Virus record (IMG/VR): IMGVR_UViG_3300012920_000040
Coordinates: 1-61,804 of that record
Strand: one strand, 5' to 3'
Length of the DNA stretch: 61,804 nucleotides
DNA from: a virus
Lineage: Duplodnaviria; Caudoviricetes
Made by a program: the position numbers and the translations under genes. Below are positions 1-9,405 of the stretch, in pieces (within the stretch, counting starts at the first letter, position 1; each line of letters opens with the position of its first letter). The notes below the pieces were generated by a model. That model saw only the letters and a program-made list of their open reading frames with translations, had not been told where the DNA came from and ran no database searches.

Positions 1-115
1 AACACGCCTCACCAGGACTAAACAGCGTGTCTAAACAACAGTCCTTCATACCTGCCTCTGAGGGTGAGACAGGAATATCATAACCAGTGTTCCCCGCACT
101 AATACTTAACCCTTT
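1..115 (+). ncRNA. Structured psbA 5' leader, PhotoRC-II-like RNA motif (may be truncated by window edge)
   Basis: Stem ACACGC(2-7)/GCGTGT(25-30); loop CTCACC(8-13) complementary to GGTGAG(63-68); stem CCTG(51-54)/CAGG(70-73); directly upstream of psbA, the known context of PhotoRC motifs. Confidence 0.7.
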
Positions 116-122
116 TGTTCAA

Positions 123-1202
123 ATGACTACAACACTTACAAGACAACAATCACAATCCACCTGGGAACAGTTTTGCCAGTGGGTTACTTCAACCAACAAC
201 CGTCTGTACGTTGGTTGGTTTGGTGTGCTGATGATCCCAACTCTGTTGGCAGCCACTGTATGCTTCATCACTGCTTTCGTCGCTGCTCCCCCTGTGGACA
301 TTGATGGAATCAGAGAACCTGTTGCTGGTTCACTTATGTATGGTAACAACATCATTTCTGGTGCTGTTGTTCCTTCTTCCAACGCAATTGGTCTTCACTT
401 CTACCCCATTTGGGAAGCTGCCTCACTTGATGAGTGGCTCTACAATGGTGGTCCTTACCAACTGGTAGTTTTCCACTTCCTCATTGGCATTTTCTGCTAC
501 ATGGGTCGTGAGTGGGAACTGTCCTACAGACTGGGTATGCGCCCCTGGATCTGTGTTGCTTACTCTGCTCCTGTAGCAGCAGCATCTGCAGTCTTCCTGG
601 TATATCCCTTTGGTCAAGGTTCTTTCTCTGATGGTATGCCCCTTGGCATCTCAGGTACATTTAACTTCATGCTTGTATTCCAGGCTGAGCACAACATCCT
701 GATGCACCCCTTCCACATGCTGGGAGTTGCTGGTGTCTTTGGTGGTTCACTGTTCTCTGCTATGCATGGTTCACTGGTTACATCTTCACTGGTTCGTGAA
801 ACCACTGAAACTGAGTCCCAGAACTATGGTTACAAGTTTGGTCAAGAAGAAGAGACCTACAACATTGTTGCTGCTCATGGATACTTTGGTCGCCTGATCT
901 TCCAGTATGCATCCTTCAACAATTCACGTTCACTTCACTTCTTCCTGGCAGCATGGCCTGTTGTTGGAATCTGGTTCACTGCACTTGGTGTCAGCACCAT
1001 GGCATTCAACCTTAATGGTTTCAACTTCAACCAGTCCATCATCTCCAATCAGGGACAAGTCCTGAACACCTGGGCAGATGTTCTTAACAGAGCAAACCTG
1101 GGTATGGAAGTTATGCATGAAAGAAATGCTCACAACTTCCCCCTGGACCTGGCAGCTGCTGAGTCCACTCCTGTTGCACTGACTGCACCTGCTGTTGGTT
1201 GA
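123..1202 (+). CDS. psbA: Photosystem II D1 protein
   Basis: [35 protein letters not shown] motifs; ATG at 123; no intron. Confidence 0.99.
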   Translation: MTTTLTRQQSQSTWEQFCQWVTSTNNRLYVGWFGVLMIPTLLAATVCFITAFVAAPPVDIDGIREPVAGSLMYGNNIISGAVVPSSNAIGLHFYPIWEAASLDEWLYNGGPYQLVVFHFLIGIFCYMGREWELSYRLGMRPWICVAYSAPVAAASAVFLVYPFGQGSFSDGMPLGISGTFNFMLVFQAEHNILMHPFHMLGVAGVFGGSLFSAMHGSLVTSSLVRETTETESQNYGYKFGQEEETYNIVAAHGYFGRLIFQYASFNNSRSLHFFLAAWPVVGIWFTALGVSTMAFNLNGFNFNQSIISNQGQVLNTWADVLNRANLGMEVMHERNAHNFPLDLAAAESTPVALTAPAVG

Positions 1203-1226
1203 TAGGACACACAACTGAATAAAAAG

Positions 1227-1252
1227 AAAGGGACCCATGAGGTCCCTTTTTT
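1227..1252 (+). terminator. Rho-independent terminator after psbA
   Basis: AAAGGGACC-CATGA-GGTCCCTTT followed by T run. Confidence 0.9.
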
Positions 1253-1345
1253 AATGTCTTTATATCAAAACAAAGTTGAAATAATACTTAAAAAATTTGA
1301 ATAGATAGGGTGATGCAAGTATCATATAGAGAGCATCCAATACAC

Positions 1346-2677
1346 ATGGCAACCATAATTATATTTGGTGCAACAGGTGACCTTTGTAGAAGGAAACTTA
1401 TACCTGCTTTGCATACACTCTTCCAATCTAATCTTCTTCCAGAAGAGTTTGCAATTGTAGGAGCTTCAAGATCAAAGAAAACAACTAAGCAGTGGATTAA
1501 ATCCCTTGGTAATTATCCACAAGAGTTTCAAGAGCGTTTATCATATGTGTCTGCTGATCTCTCAGACCAGAAGACATTGAAGAAACTCCAGAGAGATGGT
1601 GATGTTACATACTTCCTTTCAGTACCACCTGAAAGATATGGGGATGCAATTGTCAACCTTAAAGAGGCAGGACTAGTAAATGACCCAGAAAGAACCCGTG
1701 TTGTTATTGAGAAACCCTTTGGGCACAACTTTAAATCTGCTAGTGATCTACAGTCAGTGGTGGAGCGACATCTACGCGAAAAACAAGTCTATCGCATTGA
1801 CCATTATCTCGGTAAAGATACTGTTAATAACATCCTTGCCACCCGCTTTAGCAATATTCTATTGGAACCACTTTGGAGCAGGCAGTATGTAGAAGAGGTT
1901 CAGATCTTTGCTACTGAAACAATAGGGTGTGAAGGACGCTCTCAATATTATGACAATGCTGGAGCAGTCAGAGACATGCTTCAGAACCATATGCTTCAAG
2001 TGTTAGCACTGATTGCAATGGAGGCACCATGTAAGAATAATGCTAGGGAAATTAGAAGAGAGAAAACAAAAGTTCTTGCTGCCACAAGATTGGGTAACAG
2101 ATTCCTCACTGGTCAATACCTTGGATACAAAGAAGAGGAAGGTGTAGATGAGTTTAGTATGACACCTACATTTGTGGCAGGTGATATGTACATTGACAAC
2201 TGGAGATGGATGGGTGTTCCATTTCATTTCATGACAGGAAAATGTTGTCCAGTTGATTGTGTAGAGGTGGTTATTAAATTCAAGGCACCACCTCAAACAC
2301 TATTTGAAGGTCATGTATGTGATGATAGAATTGTATTGAGGTTACAACCAGACCCTCATCTTGATATGAGAATTGATATAAAAGCACCTGGTCTTGGTGA
2401 TATGGTTGAACCTGCTACACTTCAGTACCACTATCCAAAAGACAGAGCAGTTGATGGTTATGTTAGACTTTTAAAAGATGCCATCAGTGGTGACCAATCA
2501 CACTTTGTTCATGCAGAGGAAGTGCTTGAGTCCTGGAGAATTGTTGATGACTTACTATGTGTAGGTGAGCATTGTCCAGTCAGAACTGCACCCTATGTTT
2601 ATCACAAAGGACTGTGGGGACCACATCACAAAACAGAACAAATTACCAAGTGGGACTTTCCACTCAAATTAATTTAG
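1346..2677 (+). CDS. zwf: Glucose-6-phosphate 1-dehydrogenase
   Basis: IFGATGDL, EKPFG, RIDHYLGK, RDMLQNH motifs; likely ATG at 1346. Confidence 0.98.
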   Translation: MATIIIFGATGDLCRRKLIPALHTLFQSNLLPEEFAIVGASRSKKTTKQWIKSLGNYPQEFQERLSYVSADLSDQKTLKKLQRDGDVTYFLSVPPERYGDAIVNLKEAGLVNDPERTRVVIEKPFGHNFKSASDLQSVVERHLREKQVYRIDHYLGKDTVNNILATRFSNILLEPLWSRQYVEEVQIFATETIGCEGRSQYYDNAGAVRDMLQNHMLQVLALIAMEAPCKNNAREIRREKTKVLAATRLGNRFLTGQYLGYKEEEGVDEFSMTPTFVAGDMYIDNWRWMGVPFHFMTGKCCPVDCVEVVIKFKAPPQTLFEGHVCDDRIVLRLQPDPHLDMRIDIKAPGLGDMVEPATLQYHYPKDRAVDGYVRLLKDAISGDQSHFVHAEEVLESWRIVDDLLCVGEHCPVRTAPYVYHKGLWGPHHKTEQITKWDFPLKLI

Positions 2678-2684
2678 AGAATAT

Positions 2685-3191
2685 ATGAAACATTTTAATT
2701 TATTTGTTTTAAATATTACAGTTTCAATTATTGATTATCTTTATAGAGGAAGACACTTCCAAAGATTTTGGGTTCTTGAAGAGGTTGCAAGAGCACCTTA
2801 CTTTGCTTTCTTAAGTGTGCTTCATTTACGTGAGTCATTAGGTTTACGTGGTGAGTGGCACATTTACTTAATGAAAGAACACTTTGAGCAATCAGTAAAT
2901 GAAACAGAGCATTTAGAATTTATGGAAAGTAAGGGTGGGAACAAGTATTGGATTGATAGATTTGTAGCTAGACATCTTGTGCTATTGTACTACTGGATTA
3001 ATGTTTTCTATTATATTGTGTCTCCAAGATCTGCTTACCACCTCTCTTATGAAATAGAATTACATGCAGCAGATACATATGCACATTATCTTGCATATGA
3101 AGATAGGAATGATGAGGATATCATAAGAATTATGAATGATGAGATTCAGCATTTTCAAGAACTACAACACGCAATGGAGTTAATCAAATGA
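2685..3191 (+). CDS. ptox: Plastoquinol terminal oxidase (alternative oxidase family)
   Basis: RFWVLEEVARAPYFAFLSVLHL, NETEHL, DEIQH di-iron motifs. Confidence 0.95.
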   Translation: MKHFNLFVLNITVSIIDYLYRGRHFQRFWVLEEVARAPYFAFLSVLHLRESLGLRGEWHIYLMKEHFEQSVNETEHLEFMESKGGNKYWIDRFVARHLVLLYYWINVFYYIVSPRSAYHLSYEIELHAADTYAHYLAYEDRNDEDIIRIMNDEIQHFQELQHAMELIK

Positions 3192-4222
3192 AAGTAGGTT
3201 TAATTGGTCTTGGAAGAATGGGCGAGGGTATGTCTCGTCGTATGATGGCACAAGAGATTAAGGTGTGGGGTTATAGAAGGAACTATGAAAAAGCACAGGA
3301 AGCATATGAGAATGGATATGTAGATGGTGTTACCACAACCATTGAGCACTTAGTAAAAACAGTTCACTCTGACAACATGTGTGGGAGTGTGCCTGGTATT
3401 TTTATGATGGTAGTACCAGCAGAGAATGTTGAGGATACAATCAATGAACTTCTACAACATTGTCATGAAGGAGATATTATTATTGATCATGGCAATAGCA
3501 ACTTTAAAGATACTCGCAGGAGAGCAGAAAGGTTATCTAAGTTGGGCATCCACTATGTTGACTGTGGCACTAGTGGTGGAGTTTATGGTCTTGAGCGTGG
3601 ATATTGTCTTATGGTTGGTGGTACAACTGGGGCAGTATCAGTATGCTCCCCCATTTTCAGGGCTCTTGCACCAGGTATTGGAGCAGCAGAAAGAACAGAT
3701 CCATATACACATGCCACAAGTGCTGAGTATGGTTGGTTACACTGTGGTGGACCTGGGGCTGGTCACTTTGTGAAAATGGTACACAATGGCATTGAATATG
3801 GGATGATGCAGGCATATGCAGAAGGGTTTAACATCTTACAGGAAGCTAATGCAGGATCTAAATACATCTCCACAGGAGACGCAGAGGTTGCCCCTATGGA
3901 CAATCCAGAGGACTACTGCTATGATATTAATGTTGCTGAGGTTGCTGAGTTATGGCGTAGGGGCAGCGTCGTTGGCAGTTGGTTACTTGATCTTACTGCA
4001 GACGTCATGCGAAATGATCCTGAGTTATGCAAATTCAATGGAGGGGTTTCAGACAGTGGTGAGGGTAGGTGGACTGTCCACGCTGCTGTTGATCTCGGTG
4101 TTCCTGCCCCTGTCATTAGCAGTGCTCTGTATGAAAGGTTTAACTCAAGAGGACTAGGCAACTTTGCAAACAGAGTTCTAAATGGTATGAGATCTATGTT
4201 TGGAGGTCATGATGTTAGGTAA
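3188..4222 (+). CDS. gnd: 6-phosphogluconate dehydrogenase (short form)
   Basis: GLIGLGRMG, DCGTSGG, GHFVKMVHNGIEYG, FGGH motifs. Confidence 0.97.
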   Translation: MKVGLIGLGRMGEGMSRRMMAQEIKVWGYRRNYEKAQEAYENGYVDGVTTTIEHLVKTVHSDNMCGSVPGIFMMVVPAENVEDTINELLQHCHEGDIIIDHGNSNFKDTRRRAERLSKLGIHYVDCGTSGGVYGLERGYCLMVGGTTGAVSVCSPIFRALAPGIGAAERTDPYTHATSAEYGWLHCGGPGAGHFVKMVHNGIEYGMMQAYAEGFNILQEANAGSKYISTGDAEVAPMDNPEDYCYDINVAEVAELWRRGSVVGSWLLDLTADVMRNDPELCKFNGGVSDSGEGRWTVHAAVDLGVPAPVISSALYERFNSRGLGNFANRVLNGMRSMFGGHDVR

Positions 4223-4343
4223 AATTTTACTCTTCACATGTATTCCCTTTTCTCTCATCACTCTTTACTTTGGGACTAAAGGAGGTTATTATGATACTGA
4301 TCTCTATGATGGAGATGGAACAGCACACAAGGTACTAAAATGA
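4212..4343 (+). CDS. ndhP: NdhP-like small subunit of NDH-1L (43 aa, not in ORF track)
   Basis: Manual translation MLGKILLFTCIPFSLITLYFGTKGGYYDTDLYDGDGTAHKVLK: one TM helix then FGTxxGxYDTDxYxGxGxAH, as in cyanobacterial NdhP; GGAGG SD at 4202-4206; ATGA overlap with talC. Confidence 0.85.
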   Translation: MLGKILLFTCIPFSLITLYFGTKGGYYDTDLYDGDGTAHKVLK

Positions 4344-5029
4344 AAATCTTTCTAGACACAGCAGACACATCTATTATTGCTGAGCACTTTGAAACAGGAT
4401 TGGTTGATGGTGTTACCACTAACCCATCTTTAATTAAGAAGTCAGGGCGTGATCCAGAAGATGTATATCAAGAGATCAAAGATATTGGTGTAAGAGACAT
4501 CAGTATGGAAGTGATGGGTGATGCTAATGAGATGTATCAAGAAGGAATGCGTCTCAGAGATAAGTTTGGTGAGGTGTCTACCATCAAACTCCCTATGACA
4601 AGAGATGGTCTGAGAGTCTGTAAGGAGTTGAACAGAGAACTGATCAGGACTAATGTCACACTGATCTTCTGTGCCTCTCAGGCAGTCCTGGCTGCCAAGG
4701 CAGGGGCAACCTATGTCAGTCCCTTTGTAGGCAGGTTGGATGACCAGTCAGTGGCAGGTCTGGAGGTTGTCAGGAGCATCAGTGGACTGTATCAAGTCCA
4801 TAACATCAGAACTCAGGTGCTTGCTGCTTCCATCAGAAGTGTTCAACGTGCAGTAAGGTCATGGTATAATGGTGCAGAGATTGTCACTATGCCACCCAGT
4901 GTCCTTGATCAAATGTATGATCACATTCTGACTGACAAGGGTCTTGAAATTTTTGAGGCAGATGCTAAAAAAATCTATCACAATGAAGACCCTGCTGATA
5001 TGTACAAATCACAAGAGTATAGGAAGTGA
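4340..5029 (+). CDS. talC: Transaldolase (TalC/Fsa family)
   Basis: KIFLDTAD, GVTTNPSL, YVSPFVGRLDD, LAASIR motifs. Confidence 0.98.
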   Translation: MKIFLDTADTSIIAEHFETGLVDGVTTNPSLIKKSGRDPEDVYQEIKDIGVRDISMEVMGDANEMYQEGMRLRDKFGEVSTIKLPMTRDGLRVCKELNRELIRTNVTLIFCASQAVLAAKAGATYVSPFVGRLDDQSVAGLEVVRSISGLYQVHNIRTQVLAASIRSVQRAVRSWYNGAEIVTMPPSVLDQMYDHILTDKGLEIFEADAKKIYHNEDPADMYKSQEYRK

Positions 5030-5238
5030 CACAATGCATTGATCCATCAGACCCCAGATACTTTACTGAGACATCTAATGGGATATATGATAGGCACCAT
5101 TACAGAATTGTAAATAGTGATGGTCAATCTGTAGTGGTTGACAACTGGGAGGAAGTCAGATCTATCTGGTGGAACAATAAGTTCCTCTCCCATGTTGATG
5201 TCCTAGACATCAGAAAGAAAGCAGGCAAGGGGTTTTGA
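5026..5238 (+). CDS. Hypothetical protein
   Basis: 70-aa ORF coupled to talC stop (GTGA overlap). Confidence 0.75.
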   Translation: MTQCIDPSDPRYFTETSNGIYDRHHYRIVNSDGQSVVVDNWEEVRSIWWNNKFLSHVDVLDIRKKAGKGF

Positions 5239-5239
5239 G

Positions 5240-5278
5240 TATAAATACTCTTCCCCTTTTTTCATTTCCTGCTATACT
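5240..5278 (+). promoter_or_regulatory. T4-type late promoter plus extended -10 upstream of psbD
   Basis: TATAAATA at 5240-5247; TGcTATACT at 5270-5278. Confidence 0.65.
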
Positions 5279-5311
5279 AAATATTAAGAACTATTAAGGA
5301 GGATTCATGTC

Positions 5312-6370
5312 GTGACAACGACCTTATCACCACCACGTACTAATGGGAGTTGGTTTGATGTCCTGGATGACTGGCTTAAACGAGATCGCTTTGTTTTTGT
5401 GGGTTGGTCTGGACTATTACTTTTTCCCACTGCTTATCTTGCCATTGGTGGGTGGCTTACTGGCACAACTTTTGTTACGTCTTGGTACACCCATGGGCTT
5501 GCTAGTTCCTATCTTGAAGGTGCTAACTTTCTTACAGCAGCTGTCTCGACTCCTGCTGATGCTATGGGTCATTCTCTTCTTCTACTTTGGGGTCCTGAAG
5601 CTCAGGGCAGTCTCGTCAGGTGGTTCCAACTTGGGGGACTCTGGAATTTTGTGGCTCTCCATGGTGCATTTGCCCTAATTGGATTCATGCTTCGCCAGTT
5701 TGAACTGGCACGTCTCATTGGAATTAGACCCTACAATGCTATTGCTTTCTCTGGTCCTATTGCTGTTTTTGTCAGCGTTTTTCTCCTATATCCTCTGGGA
5801 CAGTCGTCCTGGTTCTTCGCGCCATCGTTTGGGGTTGCCGCTATTTTCAGGTTCCTACTTTTCCTCCAAGGTTTCCACAACTGGACGCTCAACCCCTTCC
5901 ACATGATGGGTGTTGCAGGAATTCTGGGAGGAGCATTGCTTTCTGCAATCCATGGTGTTACAGTTGAGAACACTCTGTATCAAGATGGTGAACAGGCAAA
6001 TACTTTTAAGGCATTTGACTCCACACAGGAGGAAGAGACTTACAGTATGGTTACTGCGAACAGATTCTGGTCTCAAATTTTTGGTGTTGCTTTTAGTAAC
6101 AAGCGCTGGTTGCATTTCTTTATGCTATTCGTTCCCGTCATGGGTCTATGGGTTAGCTCTATCGGCATTATTGGTCTGGCTCTCAACCTAAGAGCATATG
6201 ACTTTGTGTCACAAGAAATCAGAGCAGCAGAAGATCCAGAGTTTGAAACCTTCTATACCAAAAACATTCTTCTGAATGAAGGTCTCAGGGCATGGTTGGC
6301 ACCTGCTGATCAACCTCATGAGAACTTTGTATTCCCAGAAGAAGTACTACCAAGAGGTAATGCACTGTGA
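5312..6370 (+). CDS. psbD: Photosystem II D2 protein
   Basis: [16 protein letters not shown] ... [12 protein letters not shown]; GTG start after AGGAGG. Confidence 0.99.
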   Translation: MTTTLSPPRTNGSWFDVLDDWLKRDRFVFVGWSGLLLFPTAYLAIGGWLTGTTFVTSWYTHGLASSYLEGANFLTAAVSTPADAMGHSLLLLWGPEAQGSLVRWFQLGGLWNFVALHGAFALIGFMLRQFELARLIGIRPYNAIAFSGPIAVFVSVFLLYPLGQSSWFFAPSFGVAAIFRFLLFLQGFHNWTLNPFHMMGVAGILGGALLSAIHGVTVENTLYQDGEQANTFKAFDSTQEEETYSMVTANRFWSQIFGVAFSNKRWLHFFMLFVPVMGLWVSSIGIIGLALNLRAYDFVSQEIRAAEDPEFETFYTKNILLNEGLRAWLAPADQPHENFVFPEEVLPRGNAL

Positions 6371-6477
6371 TACAATTTGCAATTGGATTAGTGGTGGGGT
6401 ATTTTCTTACCAAACTTATAATCACAGCAGCTAGAACATCAAGAATCTTATATGAAAACTTTAAACATATGGGGTAA
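6367..6477 (+). CDS. Small membrane peptide (36 aa, not in ORF track)
   Basis: GTGA overlap with psbD stop; [36 protein letters not shown] fills the gap to the next gene. Confidence 0.55.
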   Translation: MIQFAIGLVVGYFLTKLIITAARTSRILYENFKHMG

Positions 6478-6480
6478 AAA

Positions 6481-6687
6481 ATGTTTGCACTAATTTATTT
6501 TGCATTCTTATTTGCTATTGGTGGTGCCTCCTTTGCTTTGATGTATCACAACATCAAAGGAATCTCAGAGTTGAATAGGAGAAGATCTTCTATTCATCCA
6601 GAGGCACCTGACCCTGGAGAAGAGGTCATGTATGTTGACCTATCCAGAGAGAAACTGGAGAGTCTTTACAAGCAGGGTAATGAGTGA
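6481..6687 (+). CDS. Small membrane protein, DUF2973-like
   Basis: N-terminal TM helix followed by HPE motif. Confidence 0.65.
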   Translation: MFALIYFAFLFAIGGASFALMYHNIKGISELNRRRSSIHPEAPDPGEEVMYVDLSREKLESLYKQGNE

Positions 6688-6693
6688 TATGCT

Positions 6694-6717
6694 AGGGGGG
6701 TATGACCCCCCTTTTTT
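6694..6717 (+). terminator. Rho-independent terminator
   Basis: AGGGGGGT-ATG-ACCCCCCT followed by T run. Confidence 0.85.
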
Positions 6718-7020
6718 ATGGCTGCTAAAAAGAAAGAGCATATAGAAGCTGTCCAACCTGTGTCAGGTAATGGTGTAGATTATGAGGTGATCAGTCGTGT
6801 AGTGACTGAGAATGCACACAGACAATGGCCTGATGTTGAACAAGATCCTTATGATGAGATTGTTGAAGTCAGGAAGAAAACCTGCTATGGTAATCCTGAA
6901 GAAACTTTTGAAACATTTGAGACTGCAAGATACCGTAAGTATCATCCAATCCCTGAACCTATTGTTGATGTTAAGAAAGAAGCAAAGCAAACTGTAAAAA
7001 ATGATTCCAAAAATAGTTGA
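6718..7020 (+). CDS. Hypothetical protein
   Basis: 100-aa ORF in gene-dense same-strand run. Confidence 0.75.
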   Translation: MAAKKKEHIEAVQPVSGNGVDYEVISRVVTENAHRQWPDVEQDPYDEIVEVRKKTCYGNPEETFETFETARYRKYHPIPEPIVDVKKEAKQTVKNDSKNS

Positions 7021-7477
7021 TAATTTTTTAACCAAGCAAGAACTTTCTCGCATTCAAGATGATGTGAAGAAGGGTAAATGGGGATTGCAATCAAGTGTTC
7101 ATAACTCAATCAAATTTCTTATGCTTAATTTGAGTGATGATTTTTATGTGAAAAAATTATTCTCTAAAGTTCAAGATGAGATTGAGGATGAGGTTGAACT
7201 TGAAAGAGTGTATCTCAATGGACAATTTTGTGGAAGAGAGGGTCAGTTGCATACAGATGGATGTGACTTGACTGCTCTCATCTACATCTCTGATTATAAT
7301 CCTGACTGGGGTGGGTTTACACAGATAGTACATTCAGTATCAGACCAAACTATTGTCCCACCTGTACAAAAGAGACTTCTTATTATGAGTGGAAGGGAGT
7401 ACCATAAGGGTTACTCTTATGTTTATCAAACTAATCCTATGAGGGTTACTTTAGCTTACAAGTTGAATCTAAAATGA
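7001..7477 (+). CDS. 2OG-Fe(II) oxygenase (prolyl-hydroxylase-like)
   Basis: HxD (HTD), WGG, distal H (YHKG) and RxT (RVTLAYK). Confidence 0.85.
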   Translation: MIPKIVDNFLTKQELSRIQDDVKKGKWGLQSSVHNSIKFLMLNLSDDFYVKKLFSKVQDEIEDEVELERVYLNGQFCGREGQLHTDGCDLTALIYISDYNPDWGGFTQIVHSVSDQTIVPPVQKRLLIMSGREYHKGYSYVYQTNPMRVTLAYKLNLK

Positions 7478-7638
7478 TTGAGCATGTTGTTATTCATGAA
7501 AAGAAAGAGGTGTGGTTCAAAGGAGACTACCCTACCTGCATGGGATACTCATCCATTGTAGACAAACATTATCCTGGATACAAAGTTTGTATTACTAGTT
7601 GGGATAATTTTTATAAATTAAAAGAGGAACAAAAATGA
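7474..7638 (+). CDS. Hypothetical protein (54 aa, not in ORF track)
   Basis: MIEHVVIHEKKEVWFKGDYPTCMGYSSIVDKHYPGYKVCITSWDNFYKLKEEQK; ATGA overlaps at both ends. Confidence 0.75.
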   Translation: MIEHVVIHEKKEVWFKGDYPTCMGYSSIVDKHYPGYKVCITSWDNFYKLKEEQK

Positions 7639-7880
7639 GCATGAACAATTTTACAGTCTACACAAAAATTGGTTGTCCATATTGCACAAAGGTTACTGGT
7701 GCTTTACAACTTGCAGAGCAGAGATTTGTAGAGTATAAACTGGGAAGAGACTATGAGAAACCAGAGTTCTATTCAAAATTTGGTAAGGGTGCCACCTTCC
7801 CACAAGTTACAGTTGATGGTAAAAATGTAGGTGGATGTGCTGAAACTGTTAAATATCTCAGAGAGAATAAGTTGGTCTGA
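7635..7880 (+). CDS. nrdC: Glutaredoxin
   Basis: CPYC active site, TFPQV, GG motifs. Confidence 0.93.
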   Translation: MSMNNFTVYTKIGCPYCTKVTGALQLAEQRFVEYKLGRDYEKPEFYSKFGKGATFPQVTVDGKNVGGCAETVKYLRENKLV

Positions 7881-8230
7881 TGGAAGAGGAGTTGTATGAT
7901 ATTGCGGAACATGCAATAGACTATGCCTTTAAGGGCAAATTCTTATTGAACATGTATGGATACCTTACATCTATCAAAGCAACCAAGAAGATGGTTGAGA
8001 GGTTCATTGACAGTTCAACTGCCAAAGAGATTAACAGTCTCATCCTTGACCTTGAGGACTACCTTGAGGGTGGGTCAGACAATGCTCACAGACAGTTGAG
8101 AGAAGGGTATGGTCACCTAGGTAAACCAGAGGCAAGAAAAATCAAGGATTATCTTTATGGTATCCTTGAAGATGCATGGAGGTATGAAAGTGAAAAAAGA
8201 CCAGGAAGAAAAAGAAAGTCCACTAAATAA
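7880..8230 (+). CDS. Conserved cyanophage hypothetical protein
   Basis: 116-aa ORF coupled to glutaredoxin. Confidence 0.8.
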   Translation: MEEELYDIAEHAIDYAFKGKFLLNMYGYLTSIKATKKMVERFIDSSTAKEINSLILDLEDYLEGGSDNAHRQLREGYGHLGKPEARKIKDYLYGILEDAWRYESEKRPGRKRKSTK

Positions 8231-8258
8231 AGAAGATTTAGAAGATGACTCTCCCAGA

Positions 8259-8414
8259 ATGAATAGGGGGTTTGAATTGCTTCTAAGAAACAAAAAAAGG
8301 AGGGAACCACCTAAAACTTTAGAGTTAAAGTTTAGGAAAGCTCTCTCCATTTTTGGAAGGAGAGTTGAATTTTTCCTAGACACACACATAGATGTAAGGA
8401 AAAAGGAGGACTAA
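8259..8414 (+). CDS. Small basic hypothetical protein (start uncertain)
   Basis: MNRGFELLLRNKK... downstream of CTAAATA (8223-8229). Confidence 0.6.
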   Translation: MNRGFELLLRNKKRREPPKTLELKFRKALSIFGRRVEFFLDTHIDVRKKED

Positions 8415-8415
8415 C

Positions 8416-8637
8416 ATGTTAGCAGTCACGCTCACCTTTGCTACACTTATTTCAGTCATGTTTTTGATTGTTGGAGGTGTAGTAGGATACCTTCTAAAAG
8501 AGTATGCAATTGACAGAACATCACAATACATTCCCATGCATCCTGAGATGTTTGATGAAAATGGACAAATCATTGCAGATGATGTGTTGGCAGTGAGATT
8601 TGAAAATTCTATTGAAGATCTCCCTGAGGAGGATTGA
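8416..8637 (+). CDS. Small membrane protein with HPEMFDENG motif (DUF2973-like)
   Basis: GGAGG SD, TM helix, HPExxDENG. Confidence 0.75.
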   Translation: MLAVTLTFATLISVMFLIVGGVVGYLLKEYAIDRTSQYIPMHPEMFDENGQIIADDVLAVRFENSIEDLPEED

Positions 8638-8662
8638 CACCCTCTAATAAATATCCTATATT
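8634..8662 (+). promoter_or_regulatory. Sigma70-like promoter with nested late-promoter motif
   Basis: TTGACA-N17-TATATT; AATAAATA at 8646-8653 inside the spacer. Confidence 0.7.
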
Positions 8663-8683
8663 AAATTGAAATCTTGTAAACCA

Positions 8684-9145
8684 ATGGCTAAATCAACAAC
8701 AAAGCTTCCACCTAATCCTTTTGTGCATGAAATTCTTGAGCAGGTCTCAAAGCAGAGGAGTGCTGCAAAAAAGGTGGAAGCATTGAAAGAGTATAGGTCT
8801 GATGCTATTGTGTCACTCCTTATCTGGAACTTTGATGACACTGTTATCTCCATGCTTCCAGAGGGGGAGGTTCCTTATAATAAAAGTGAGGCACCTCTTG
8901 GCACAGACCACACCTCATTGCGTAAAGAGTGGAGAAACCTTTATCACTTTGTGAAAGGTGGTAATGATAGTCTCTCTAAGACTCGCAGAGAAAGCATGTT
9001 CATTCAAATGCTTGAAGGTCTTCACCCTGAGGAAGCAGACATTGTATGTCTTGTGAAAGATAAAGCACTTGGTTCTAAATTTAAAATTACCAAAGCAAAT
9101 GTAGAGGCAGCATACCCTGACATCACATGGGGAGGTAGGTCTTGA
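8684..9145 (+). CDS. Conserved T4-like hypothetical protein
   Basis: LPEGEVPY, RESMFIQMLEGLHPEEA motif typical of T4-like marine phages. Confidence 0.85.
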   Translation: MAKSTTKLPPNPFVHEILEQVSKQRSAAKKVEALKEYRSDAIVSLLIWNFDDTVISMLPEGEVPYNKSEAPLGTDHTSLRKEWRNLYHFVKGGNDSLSKTRRESMFIQMLEGLHPEEADIVCLVKDKALGSKFKITKANVEAAYPDITWGGRS

Positions 9146-9405
9146 GAATTTTAAATGAAGCATGTGACCCTGAGGTTGCAACAGATAAGTCACTACCTAA
9201 CAATGCTTTTCTTGTCAGTTATGTGGAGAAGGATGAGCAAAAGTATGACCTTGTTATGTCCAGTAAAAAGGTAGACATTTTTGACTACTACTGGGATAAG
9301 TACAAGGAAGGTTTGCTTGATATCAAACAAGCAGAGGGTACTATCAATCCTAAACTGTGGAAGTCACAGGAAGAGATGAAGAAAGAAGCAGCAAAAAAGA
9401 AATGA
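9142..9405 (+). CDS. Conserved cyanophage hypothetical protein
   Basis: 87 aa, TTG start after GGAGG, FDYYWD motif. Confidence 0.8.
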   Translation: MRILNEACDPEVATDKSLPNNAFLVSYVEKDEQKYDLVMSSKKVDIFDYYWDKYKEGLLDIKQAEGTINPKLWKSQEEMKKEAAKKK

